Source of the DNA: a virus
Taxonomy: Duplodnaviria > Caudoviricetes
Length of the DNA stretch: 64,000 bases
Strand: one strand, 5' to 3'
Virus record (IMG/VR): IMGVR_UViG_3300036958_000333
Span: 192,001-256,000 of that record
Shown: one piece after another, positions 8,948 to 18,579 of the stretch
Position numbering within the stretch: the stretch's first letter is position 1
Layout of the letters: each line of letters begins with the position of its first letter
Notes under the pieces: generated by a model
What the model was told of the DNA's origin: nothing
What the model saw: the letters and a program-made list of their open reading frames with translations, nothing else
Databases searched by the model: none
Made by a program: the position numbers and the translations under genes

Positions 8948-9634
8948 ATGTATAAAAATAATTTTGTAGTATGTATTAAAGATTGTAATGGACAAGTTCT
9001 TAGAGAAACAAACAACAATGAAGTTTATCTACCGTTTTATTCAGAATATTCTATAAAGATAAAAAACAAAAATGATTATGATTGTATTGCGTCAATATTT
9101 ATAGACGGAATAGATATTCTAAATGGTTCGTTTTTATTTATTAAAAAAGAAGACGAAACAGAAATAGAAAGATTTTTTTTAGATGAAAATGAAAATAATG
9201 GAAAAAAATTTAAGTTTGTTCCTTCTGATAATATAAAAGAATCAGATAAAAATGAAAATGGAATAATAAGAATAAAACTACTAAAACAAAATAATAATAA
9301 TACATATACGTATTATTATCCATATTATGATCCATATAGGATTTATAAACCATATAGTCCAACATATCCAGTATATTCATGTTCAAAAACAACAAGTGAA
9401 TATGAAACATTAAGCTTATATTCTGGAAAAACAGAGGAAGGATTAGAATCTAACCAATCATTTTTTAAAAAAGATAATATAATATATAGTGATTTTACTG
9501 AAATTATAATTAAATTGAAACATAATGACAAAACTTTAACAATAAATAATACTAAAAATAAATTTTGTAAAAATTGTGGAAAAAAAATGAAAATAAAAGA
9601 TTTTTTTTGTTCTAAATGTGGAAATAAATTATAA
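8948..9634 (+). CDS. Hypothetical protein with C-terminal zinc ribbon
   Basis: Strong SD; CKNCGK...FCSKCG at the C-terminus. Confidence 0.75.
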   Translation: MYKNNFVVCIKDCNGQVLRETNNNEVYLPFYSEYSIKIKNKNDYDCIASIFIDGIDILNGSFLFIKKEDETEIERFFLDENENNGKKFKFVPSDNIKESDKNENGIIRIKLLKQNNNNTYTYYYPYYDPYRIYKPYSPTYPVYSCSKTTSEYETLSLYSGKTEEGLESNQSFFKKDNIIYSDFTEIIIKLKHNDKTLTINNTKNKFCKNCGKKMKIKDFFCSKCGNKL

Positions 9635-9660
9635 AAAGATAAATTTAAAGGAAATAATAT

Positions 9661-9966
9661 ATGAAAGAAAATATAGTATCTCAAAAAGAAATAGAAAATC
9701 TTACATTAATAAATTCAAATTTTGCATCATCAAACAGGCAATTAGTAAAACAATTTAAAGAAATAAATAAAAAATTATTTTTATATGAAAACCAAATAAA
9801 ATTAATAAAAAAAGATATTGATGATATTAAGAAAGAAAATCAAATAAAATTAAACATAGCCACCATACAACGTAAAGATCCTATAGAAATCGAAAAAACA
9901 AAATCTAAAATAGAAATAATAGACAAAATAAATAATATAATTAAAGAAAGACTAAATTTTATTTAA
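9661..9966 (+). CDS. Hypothetical coiled-coil protein
   Basis: AAGGA SD, 101 aa. Confidence 0.6.
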   Translation: MKENIVSQKEIENLTLINSNFASSNRQLVKQFKEINKKLFLYENQIKLIKKDIDDIKKENQIKLNIATIQRKDPIEIEKTKSKIEIIDKINNIIKERLNFI

Positions 9967-11230
9967 ATAAATGTAATTTTGAATAAATTCTTTTAGCAAG
10001 AATATTATTTGAAATTATGTTTTCTGCTTCTATCCATCTCTTTTCTAAAACAAATACTGCATATTTTACTGCTAATATTGCATAATTATTTTTTAATATT
10101 TCTTCTTCTAATTTTTCCCATCTTGTGTTTTTAACGATTTGCTCGTGATGTTTTAAATATTTAATAATATATGGATATTCAAACATTTTACCAGAAAACA
10201 TAAGTTGACCTTTTATTGTATTAGCATCATATTCTAAACCACGCCTGTTAGTTCCATAGCTGATAACATTTCCTTTTTAAACTTTTACAAATTCATTATA
10301 TTTAAAACCATGAGTATATCCTCCTTTAGGAATCTTATATATTCCATCTTCAACCTGTTTATTTTTTTCATCGAAAAATTTTTCTACAGCTTTAATAAAA
10401 CCAGGAACATTTGTTCCATAAACCTGTTTATTTATTACATAATAAGGTTTCTTTTCAGGATATTCTTTATTATAATACGGTTTAATAAGAACTCTACATA
10501 TTGGATTTCTTATTTGAGTATCTCCTTTTCTTATAAGATATGCTATAACTGTCCCTTCTTTAACTTCTTCTTCTACAACATTATCTTTATTATATATATT
10601 TTGACAACTAGTCCATCCTTTGTTTGTAGACATACCAGCAACATCCGTAGGGTGTTTAGAAATAGCAATAAAAAAATCTCCACCAGAAGAAGAAGATCTT
10701 CTCGATGCAGATCTATATTTATCTTCAGAAAAATCTTTTAATAATTTTTTTAGTTATCTTAATAATTCTGATAATTCTATAATTCTTTTTTCTTTAACAT
10801 TTAAATCTTCAATATTTAATAAATTACTTATCTCTTCTCTTAATACCATTATTTCTTTTTCTATTTCTGTTATTTTTCTTTGTAATAATTTTCCTATTGA
10901 AATTTTTCTTATTATTTCTTTTCTTTTTCCATCTATTTCTTTTATTTCTTTTTTTAATGCAATACCAGATAAATAATCATATGTCTTATAACCAATATTA
11001 TTTAAATATCTATTTATTTCATCGTAAGAAGAATTTTTTTCTACATAATTTACATTTTCTATTTTAAAAGGAATATAAATCCTATAATTATTACCAAATA
11101 TTTCTTTATGAACATTTTTATAATAAAAATGAGTTCCTTCTGCTTGTTTAGCAATTCTAGTATATTTTTTATCTAGTCTTAAACTTCAAAGACTTTCATA
11201 TAATTTTCTAAAATATTCTGAAAACCTCAT
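9959..11230 (-). pseudogene. Paralog of 11266-12702 interrupted by three in-frame stop codons
   Basis: One frame from ATG11230 (MRFSEYFRKLYE) to 9959, with TGA at 11188-11186, TAA at 10756-10754 and TAA at 10279-10277. Colinear with the neighbour (AISKHP.DV..MS.NKGWTSC, IAYLI...D.QI.NPICRVLIKP, YA.FVLE.RW.EAE). Confidence 0.85.
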
Positions 11231-11265
11231 ATTATATTATATAATAATCTAAAAATTTCATATTA

Positions 11266-12702
11266 TTAATTTAATTTTGGATCTATTCCTCTATCCAAAC
11301 AATAATGTTTCCAATATTTTTCGTTTTGTTTTAATATATCTTCTGCTTCTGGAACTCTTACTTTTTTTATAAAATTAGCTACAACAAGATAAGCAAAAGT
11401 TGCATGTATATCTTTAAATACAGATTTTTCAAATTCTTTATCTCTATGACCTAATACTTTTATTAAATAAAGACAAGAAGCCAAAGGATCAGTTAAAATA
11501 ATATCTTCTGCTTCTGGCCATCTTTCTTCTAAAACAAATGCAGCATATTGAGCTGCCAATATTGGGTCCTTGTCTTTTAATACCTGTTCTTCTAATTTTT
11601 TCCATGTTTTATTTATAAAAGATTTATTATGTTCTTCTTCTTGAACCTTAATAAACAATGGATATTCTTTCATTTTATTTACAAAATCTTTTTTTATAAT
11701 ATCAGAGTCGATTATATTATTCTTATAAATATTATAACCAACAATATTACCTTTTTTAAGTTTTATAAAATCTCCATATTGAATTGAAGATTCAAGATTA
11801 TGTGATTGTGGATTACGACCATATAATCCAGTCATTTCTTTAGATATTTTGTCATTAATTTCATTAAAAAATTTCTTTACCGTTTCAACAAAACCTGGAA
11901 CATTTGCTCCATAAACCACGTCACTTGTTATAAAATATGGTTGTTTTTCTTCTTCTTTATATTTAAAAAATGGCTTAATAAGAACTCTACATATTGGGTT
12001 TGATATTTGTTTGTCTTCTTTTTTTATAAGATATGCTATAATAGTTCCAGATACAGCTTCTTGAATTGCTAGAGATCCTGCCATACAGCTAGTCCATCCT
12101 TTATTAACAGACATACTACCAACATCTATTGGATGTTTAGAAATAGCAACAAGAAAATCTTCAGAAGATTTTCTTGCCAAAGATCTTGCTGGATCTTTAA
12201 CAAAATTTTTTAACAATTCTTTTGCTAATTCCAATGATTCTGATAAATTTTTAATCTCTTCTTTTTTAATTTCTATTTTATCGGTATTTTTTTCTTTTGA
12301 TAATTTTTTTATTTCTTCTTCTAATAAATCTATTTCTTTTTTCATTTTTGTTATTTTTCTTTCTAACAATTTTCCTATTGTTATTTCTCTTACTACATTT
12401 TTTCCAAACATGTAATTATTTTGTTTTTTACTTATAGCAATACCAGACGAATAATCATCTATCTCATAACCAAACTTATTTAAATAATTATTTAATTTGA
12501 TATACGAAGGGAGATTTTTTATATTATCGTTGTCTTTTTCTTTAAAAGGAATATAAATTCTTGATTTATCACCAAATATTATTTTATGAATATGTTTATA
12601 AGAAGATCCTATTAATTTTCTAATTTCTTTAGTAAATTTACGATCTTTCCTAAAACTTCCAAAACCTTCGTATAACCTTTTATAATATTCTGAAAATTTC
12701 AT
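11266..12702 (-). CDS. Hypothetical protein, probable head-packaged internal protein
   Basis: 478 aa; N-terminus MKFSEYYKRLYE; TATAAATA immediately upstream. Confidence 0.75.
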   Translation of the reverse strand: MKFSEYYKRLYEGFGSFRKDRKFTKEIRKLIGSSYKHIHKIIFGDKSRIYIPFKEKDNDNIKNLPSYIKLNNYLNKFGYEIDDYSSGIAISKKQNNYMFGKNVVREITIGKLLERKITKMKKEIDLLEEEIKKLSKEKNTDKIEIKKEEIKNLSESLELAKELLKNFVKDPARSLARKSSEDFLVAISKHPIDVGSMSVNKGWTSCMAGSLAIQEAVSGTIIAYLIKKEDKQISNPICRVLIKPFFKYKEEEKQPYFITSDVVYGANVPGFVETVKKFFNEINDKISKEMTGLYGRNPQSHNLESSIQYGDFIKLKKGNIVGYNIYKNNIIDSDIIKKDFVNKMKEYPLFIKVQEEEHNKSFINKTWKKLEEQVLKDKDPILAAQYAAFVLEERWPEAEDIILTDPLASCLYLIKVLGHRDKEFEKSVFKDIHATFAYLVVANFIKKVRVPEAEDILKQNEKYWKHYCLDRGIDPKLN

Positions 12703-12708
12703 ATTATT

Positions 12709-12716
12709 TATTTATA
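12709..12716 (-). promoter_or_regulatory. T4-type late promoter-like TATAAATA
   Basis: Exact TATAAATA on the - strand, 6 nt before ATG12702, with no SD. Confidence 0.45.
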
Positions 12717-12776
12717 AGCGAAAACAAAAAAAATAATAAATTCTTTACAAATTTATAAAAATTAAGGAAAAATAAA

Positions 12777-14084
12777 TTGGAAAAATTAAAAAAAATAGCA
12801 ATTGAAAAATCAAAAGATAATAAGAAATATATAAAAAGATTAAATATTGAATTTGAAGAAATAGATAAGGCCGGTTTATGGAACTATTTCAAAGAAATAA
12901 TTAAATCAAATAAAAAATTTCATAATACTAATAATTTATTATGTGCATACTTGTGGGGAATATGTCCTGAAAATCCAATAGATAAAGACGAAGAATTAAA
13001 ATGGTACTATAGTAATGAATATCCAGATATAGACGTAGATTTTTCTCCAGAATCTAGAGATAAAATAAAAGAATTTTGCGCAAAAGAATTTGGAGAAAAT
13101 AATGTTGTATCAATAGCAAATTATAATCATTTTGGAATAAAATCCGGAATAAGAGACATTTCAAGGGTATTAGAAATACCATTAGAAGAGGTAAATGAAT
13201 GTACAACAAAACTAAATGATGATGTAAATGACATGAAATGGGAAGATGCTATAAAAACATATCCCGTACTGGAACAATTTGAAAAAGAACACCCAAAAGT
13301 ATGTGAATTAGTCAAACAATTTAATGGAAAAGTAAGATCTATAGGAAAACATGCTGGAGGATTAGTAATATCATCTTGTGATTTAACTAAAACAATACCG
13401 TTAATAACAAGAGAAAATCCAGAAAGTGATAAAAAATTTATATTATCTTCATTTTCAGAAGGTCAAAATAGATCTGATTTAAAAACAATGGGTTTAATAA
13501 AACAAGATATACTTGGATTAGATAATCTAAACTATATAAGTACTTGTTTAAAATATATGGAACAAAGAGGAAAATATGATCCTAAAAAGGGAATATTTAG
13601 AACAAAAGAAGACGGAGAAAATTGGGAAGATGAATCATATTTAAACGATCCAGAGTCAATAAAAGTAGCAAATAATGCAGATTTACAGCTTGTATTTCAA
13701 TTTGATTCTGATGGAATAAGAAAATTAGTTAAAAAAACTGGGGTTAATAATTTTTATGATTTAGTAGTATTTAATGCGCTGTATAGGCCTGGTCCTTTAA
13801 ACTGTTTGGAAGAAAATACTAAAATACTTACAAATAATGGATATGTTGAAATAAAACTTCTATCAAATAAACATAATAAAATTGCCTATATAGACAATAA
13901 TGGAAATATTAAGTATACATCCAAATTTATAGTAAAAAAGAAAAATAAAACAAAAAAAATATTAAAAATATCAACGAGTGAAAATGAAATATTATCTTCA
14001 TTAGATCATAAGTTTCTTAATAAAGATAATAAATTTATTGAAGCAAAAAGATTAAAAATTAATGATGAAATAAAAACAATATGA
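12777..14084 (+). CDS. dnaE: DNA polymerase III alpha-like, middle fragment (catalytic palm/fingers) fused to an N-terminal split-intein half
   Basis: TTG start after AAGGA. YPDIDVDF, IGKHAGGLVIS, KQDILGL, VFQFDS.G, ALYRPGPLN, then CLEENTKILTNNG. Confidence 0.95.
   Translation: MEKLKKIAIEKSKDNKKYIKRLNIEFEEIDKAGLWNYFKEIIKSNKKFHNTNNLLCAYLWGICPENPIDKDEELKWYYSNEYPDIDVDFSPESRDKIKEFCAKEFGENNVVSIANYNHFGIKSGIRDISRVLEIPLEEVNECTTKLNDDVNDMKWEDAIKTYPVLEQFEKEHPKVCELVKQFNGKVRSIGKHAGGLVISSCDLTKTIPLITRENPESDKKFILSSFSEGQNRSDLKTMGLIKQDILGLDNLNYISTCLKYMEQRGKYDPKKGIFRTKEDGENWEDESYLNDPESIKVANNADLQLVFQFDSDGIRKLVKKTGVNNFYDLVVFNALYRPGPLNCLEENTKILTNNGYVEIKLLSNKHNKIAYIDNNGNIKYTSKFIVKKKNKTKKILKISTSENEILSSLDHKFLNKDNKFIEAKRLKINDEIKTI
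13803..14081 (+). mobile_element. Split intein N-half (IntN, 93 aa)
   Basis: Block A CLEENTKILTNNG, block B SSLDHKF, ends FIEAKRLKINDEI-stop. Confidence 0.92.
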
Positions 14085-14968
14085 AAAGAATTCCATGGAA
14101 TAAAGGTCTAAATAAATATAATAATAAAACAATGGCTATAATAGCTGAAAAAGTAAAAAAATCTTATGATAAAAAAAGAAGAAAAGAATATTCTGATAAA
14201 TTAAAAGAAAAATATAAAAACGGCGATATATTAACTCCAGAAAAAAGAAGAAAAGTAATATTATGTGGATCTAAAGCTTGGGCTAATAAAGTAAAAAACG
14301 CTTCACTAGAAGAAAGGAAAAAAATATTATTTAATTTTATTACTGCTGGAAATAATGCTCAAAAAGAAAGAAGAAAACATCTAACTCCAGAAGATTATCA
14401 AAGATTATATCCGTTTGCGAAAGGAATAGCGAAATATTATAATTGCGATAATTGTGGAAAAAAAGTAATAAAATGGTTTGGTGGTAAAAAAAGATCAAAT
14501 AAAAGATTTTGTTGTAGAAAATGTTATACCGACTTTTTAAGAAAAAATCCATCATATGGAATAAATAACAAAAAACAAATTCTTTTTTATTCTAAAAAAA
14601 TGTTATGTCATTTTAAACTTTTATCTAGTTTAGAAAAATATATAGCAAATATATTAGAAGAATCAAAATGGATAAAAACATGGAGCGCAAACTCTATATG
14701 TATTCAATATGTTGATAAAAATAAAAAGAAAAGAAGATATTATCCTGATTTTTTCTTTAATGATAAATACATTTTAGAAGTAAAATCAAATTATGTAGAA
14801 AATATAAATAAAAATAAAGATAATTTAAATAATAAAAAAATGGAAGCTAGAAAATACTGTAAAAAAAATGGATTTGTATTTTTATATTGGAAATTTAATA
14901 AAACAGATGAAAAAAGTGTTATAAAAGATCGTAGAATTAAATTTTTATTTGGCGAAATAAATCAATAA
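14081..14968 (+). CDS. Free-standing homing endonuclease between the intein halves (NUMOD3-like + Zn finger + TnsA-like PD-(D/E)XK)
   Basis: PWNKG, CDNC...FCCRKC, SSLE...RRYYPDF...ILEVKS. ATGA overlap with the IntN stop. Confidence 0.8.
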   Translation: MKRIPWNKGLNKYNNKTMAIIAEKVKKSYDKKRRKEYSDKLKEKYKNGDILTPEKRRKVILCGSKAWANKVKNASLEERKKILFNFITAGNNAQKERRKHLTPEDYQRLYPFAKGIAKYYNCDNCGKKVIKWFGGKKRSNKRFCCRKCYTDFLRKNPSYGINNKKQILFYSKKMLCHFKLLSSLEKYIANILEESKWIKTWSANSICIQYVDKNKKKRRYYPDFFFNDKYILEVKSNYVENINKNKDNLNNKKMEARKYCKKNGFVFLYWKFNKTDEKSVIKDRRIKFLFGEINQ

Positions 14969-14982
14969 TACAAAATAAAATC

Positions 14983-15117
14983 ATGATTAAAATAAAAAAA
15001 ATACAATCAATAAAAAAATTAGAAGAAAAACAAACATGTTATGATATATGTTTATTAGAAAAAGATACATATATTAATGAATCTAATTTTATAGCAGAAG
15101 GTTTTATAGTTCATAAT
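14983..15117 (+). mobile_element. Split intein C-half (IntC, 45 aa)
   Basis: MIKIKKIQSIKK...CYDI...NFIAEGFIVHN followed by Ser+1 (15118-15120). Confidence 0.92.
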
Positions 15118-16614
15118 TCTGGAATGGCAAATGCTTATACTGAAAGAAGAAATGGAAAAAAAGATTATAAGACACATGAAATATTAGATAAAATAATAGG
15201 AGACACACAATATGTTATAATATATCAAGAACAATTATTAAAAATAATGAATGTTATTGGAAATATTTCTTTACAAGACTGTGAAATGATAAGAAAAGCA
15301 ATGGCCAAAAAAAGAGAAAAAGAATTCATAAAATATAAAGAAATATTTATTGAAAATGGACAAAAAACCCTAGAATGGAGCAAACAAGAAATAGAAGAAT
15401 TATGGAATCAAATGATTACATTTGCAGATTATGGATTTAACAAATCTCACTCTGTTGCATATACTATGATATCTTCAAGATGTTTATATTTAAAGACTCA
15501 TTATCCAGAAGAATATTTTGCTGCAGTTTTAACGCATTTAAAAACTGGAGATGAAAGAATAAAAAAGTATATACAAGAAGGAGAAAAAAAAGGACTTGTA
15601 TTTATACCGTTAGATATAAATAAATCCAAAACAGGATTTATACCAACAGAAAATGGAATTATAATAGGATTTGATAAAATAAAAGGAATCAAAAAAGAAG
15701 CCATAGAATTAATAAACTTACAACCATTTCATTCTTTTGAAGATTATTTAGAAAGATATGGATTATCAAAAATAACTGCAGAAATATTAATAAAGGCAAA
15801 TGCTTTTAAAAATTTTGAAAATAATATTAAAATATTATTAGAATATTTTAATTATAGAAGAAGCATAAAAGAATCTGATTGTGGAATGGGTAAAAATGAT
15901 TTTGGAAAAATGTTTAAAGAAATAAAAGGATTAAAATCATGCCCTAAGAATATCTATGAACAATTTTTACAATTATGTGATAATAAAAGTAAAATAAAAT
16001 ATAATATATTATTAGATTTTATTAAAAATAATAAATTTGATTTTACAGAAATAGACAAAAACACAATTTTAGAATATATTGAAAAACATAAAAATATATT
16101 TAACTTATCTATAATGACATTAGAAGAATTTAAAAAACAACAACATATTCAAGAAATATCTGATTTTTCATATGAAGAAAAATGTGAATTTGAAGAAAAA
16201 CTATATTCTTTTTATTTTAATCATCCAATAGAAAATTATCAAATAGAAGGAAAACAAATATCAGATGTTATAGAAAATGATTTGGGAGGAATTATTGAAG
16301 GAATAATAAAAGATATAGTAAAAAAGAAAACAAAAAACGATAATTCATATTATATTTTAACTATAGAAGATAAATATGATCAAATTAAAGTTTTACTATG
16401 GTCAAATCAATATAATAAGTATAAAGATATAATATATAAACAATCTGCTATAAGATTAAAAATTAAAAAAAGCCCTTATTCAGCATATAATTTATCAGAT
16501 GATGAAAATATTAAAAGAATAAGGAAAAAAGACGAATTATCTGAAAAAAAAGAAAAAGAAATAAAATTAAAAGAAGAATTTGAAAAACTATTAATAGATT
16601 TAGATAATAAATAA
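14983..16614 (+). CDS. dnaE: C-terminal split-intein half + DNA polymerase III alpha C-terminal fragment (fingers, HhH, OB-fold)
   Basis: IntC, then SGM...IYQEQ, IRKAMAKK, YGFNKSHSVAY, YLKTHYPEEY, LDINKS, GFDKIKGI and a C-terminal OB-like region. Confidence 0.95.
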   Translation: MIKIKKIQSIKKLEEKQTCYDICLLEKDTYINESNFIAEGFIVHNSGMANAYTERRNGKKDYKTHEILDKIIGDTQYVIIYQEQLLKIMNVIGNISLQDCEMIRKAMAKKREKEFIKYKEIFIENGQKTLEWSKQEIEELWNQMITFADYGFNKSHSVAYTMISSRCLYLKTHYPEEYFAAVLTHLKTGDERIKKYIQEGEKKGLVFIPLDINKSKTGFIPTENGIIIGFDKIKGIKKEAIELINLQPFHSFEDYLERYGLSKITAEILIKANAFKNFENNIKILLEYFNYRRSIKESDCGMGKNDFGKMFKEIKGLKSCPKNIYEQFLQLCDNKSKIKYNILLDFIKNNKFDFTEIDKNTILEYIEKHKNIFNLSIMTLEEFKKQQHIQEISDFSYEEKCEFEEKLYSFYFNHPIENYQIEGKQISDVIENDLGGIIEGIIKDIVKKKTKNDNSYYILTIEDKYDQIKVLLWSNQYNKYKDIIYKQSAIRLKIKKSPYSAYNLSDDENIKRIRKKDELSEKKEKEIKLKEEFEKLLIDLDNK

Positions 16615-16629
16615 AATGGAGGAAAAATA

Positions 16630-17223
16630 ATGCCTAATTATATAGAATGGGGAAAAGACCCAGAAAAAGGAATGTCTTTATTTGGATTTTCTTGTAAAGC
16701 CGTTCTAGAAGGAAAAAAACTAAAAAGTGAAATAATTGGATTGTTAAAACAAGGAGAAGTTGGTATAAGAAAAGCCATAGCTCATTTTAAATCTGAATCA
16801 TTAGCGTGTTCTGATGAATCAATTAATGTTGTTATGAGAATAAAACAAGATATGAAAAATAACAATATAGATTATATTTATAAGAAAAGCTATGTTTATA
16901 CAATCAATAGGGTTTTTTGGGCACACGATAAAGACGTTCCAAAAAATGATCCGAGATATTGTAAATTAGAAATAATTGATTGTAATAAAATAAATAAAGA
17001 TAAATATATGAAATCAAACAGACAATTTGACGCAAAAAATTTTATAAAAGACTTTTCTAATCCAGAATTTTTAAAAACAAAAAAGAGTAAAAAGAATTTC
17101 TTTATAAAAGAAGAAATACCAGAATCAAACATTCCAAACGAACAAATCGACCAAGAATGGAACAATAATCAAAAGGAAGGATCTTTAAATACAAAAATTG
17201 AAAGAAGAAGAACAAAAAATTGA
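16630..17223 (+). CDS. Hypothetical protein
   Basis: Strong GGAGG SD, 197 aa. Confidence 0.75.
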   Translation: MPNYIEWGKDPEKGMSLFGFSCKAVLEGKKLKSEIIGLLKQGEVGIRKAIAHFKSESLACSDESINVVMRIKQDMKNNNIDYIYKKSYVYTINRVFWAHDKDVPKNDPRYCKLEIIDCNKINKDKYMKSNRQFDAKNFIKDFSNPEFLKTKKSKKNFFIKEEIPESNIPNEQIDQEWNNNQKEGSLNTKIERRRTKN

Positions 17224-17491
17224 ATTTCATCCATATGAAAATATTAATATTAATTTTAAATCTAAGTATGTATTTTTATATTATGAAAATACTAAAAAAG
17301 ATAAAATATTTTCCTTTTGCCAATTACTGATAAATAAATATAAAAATTTTGGAATTATATATACAAACAGGGGAATATTAATTAATTTAGAAAAAGTTAA
17401 TATTAATAAATTAAATATTAATGATTATGATAATATTATTAATAATGGAATTATTGCTATAAAAAACGAATTAATAGAATATATTTATTAA
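17198..17491 (+). CDS. Hypothetical protein
   Basis: Fills the operon; TTG start is uncertain. Confidence 0.5.
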   Translation: MKEEEQKIEFHPYENININFKSKYVFLYYENTKKDKIFSFCQLLINKYKNFGIIYTNRGILINLEKVNINKLNINDYDNIINNGIIAIKNELIEYIY

Positions 17492-17995
17492 ATGTTAATA
17501 ATTTCATATAAAAAACAAGATGAAAAATTAAACATATATGATCATAAAAACACTTTATATATAATTAATAAAAAAGATATAGAAATTAACAAATTAATAG
17601 GAAAATTTGTAGAAATAATAAACGAAAATATAGAAAAAGAAATTATAAATATAATAACTAAATATTATAAAAAATTTAATTATATTTTGTTAATTAATAA
17701 CAATATAATAAATTTTAGTCATATATTTGATTTAATAAATAAATTAAAAGAACCATGGTTAATATGTGGAAATATTATTAAAGAAAAATATTATAATGAC
17801 AAATTTATACCAGAACACTTTAATATTAATTGTTTATTAATAAATTGTAATAAAATAAATATAAGCGAAATAAAAGAACAAATAATAAAAGATATAAATT
17901 TTCCTATTTTTTCAAAAATAATATATTCGAATAGAAAAAAATGTATTGATAAAAACATAATGAAAATAAATAAAAACAATTTAATAATAATTTAG
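17492..17995 (+). CDS. Hypothetical protein
   Basis: Abuts the previous stop; 167 aa. Confidence 0.55.
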   Translation: MLIISYKKQDEKLNIYDHKNTLYIINKKDIEINKLIGKFVEIINENIEKEIINIITKYYKKFNYILLINNNIINFSHIFDLINKLKEPWLICGNIIKEKYYNDKFIPEHFNINCLLINCNKINISEIKEQIIKDINFPIFSKIIYSNRKKCIDKNIMKINKNNLIII

Positions 17996-18003
17996 GAGAT
18001 AAT

Positions 18004-18579
18004 ATGAAAATAAAAAATATTAATGAAATTGTACCTACAATTTCTTTATTAAATGAAGAAGAAAAACAAAACGCAAAAAAAGAATGGTATACTATTTTAC
18101 ATGAAATGTTTGATTGGCAAAGAATGTTTGGAGATTATTGTTTTAAAAAAAATAATATAAAAGACAATGACGGAAATATATTAGAATTTAATACAATATT
18201 TAAAGAATTTCAAGAAAAAAAATTCGGACCAAATGATCTCCCAAACGAATGGATAAAAAAATTTCACGAATGTATGGTAAAAGAATTAGAAGAAATAGAA
18301 GAATTATTACCATGGAAACATTGGTCTAAAGAATCTATTGGAGAAAAAACATATAAAGATTTAACAAAAGACGAAAGACTAGGAATGTTAAAAATAGAAC
18401 TTGTTGATATATGGCATTTTTTAATGAGCGCTATGATGTGTGTTGGAATGGGACCAAAAGAATTACATGAATTGTATATTTCTAAAAATAAAGTTAATTT
18501 TGAAAGACAACAAAAAGAATATAATACAGCTAATAAAAACGAAGATGATAATATAAATATAACAAAAAAAATTAACTAA
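18004..18579 (+). CDS. Dimeric all-alpha dUTPase/dCTPase
   Basis: ELEE..E.LPWKHW, ELVDIWHFLMS, YISKNKVNFERQ. Confidence 0.88.
   Translation: MKIKNINEIVPTISLLNEEEKQNAKKEWYTILHEMFDWQRMFGDYCFKKNNIKDNDGNILEFNTIFKEFQEKKFGPNDLPNEWIKKFHECMVKELEEIEELLPWKHWSKESIGEKTYKDLTKDERLGMLKIELVDIWHFLMSAMMCVGMGPKELHELYISKNKVNFERQQKEYNTANKNEDDNINITKKIN

Noticed and set aside
9959-11230. Stop-codon reassignment (alternative genetic code) as the cause of the in-frame stops
   Set aside because: Two of the three stops are TAA, the dominant terminator here. All conserved genes are intact under code 11, and TGA/TAG end genes at sensible places.
1600-13030. Intein or group I/II intron joining dnaE piece 1 to piece 2
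   Set aside because: No Cys/Ser block A at the end of piece 1, no HN-nucleophile at the start of piece 2, and no structured intron-like spacer. The 11 kb between them is filled with ordinary genes on both strands.
15420-15460. Cyanobacterial-type split DnaE intein site
   Set aside because: FADYGFNKSH is uninterrupted; the intein is at RPGPLN|SGM instead.
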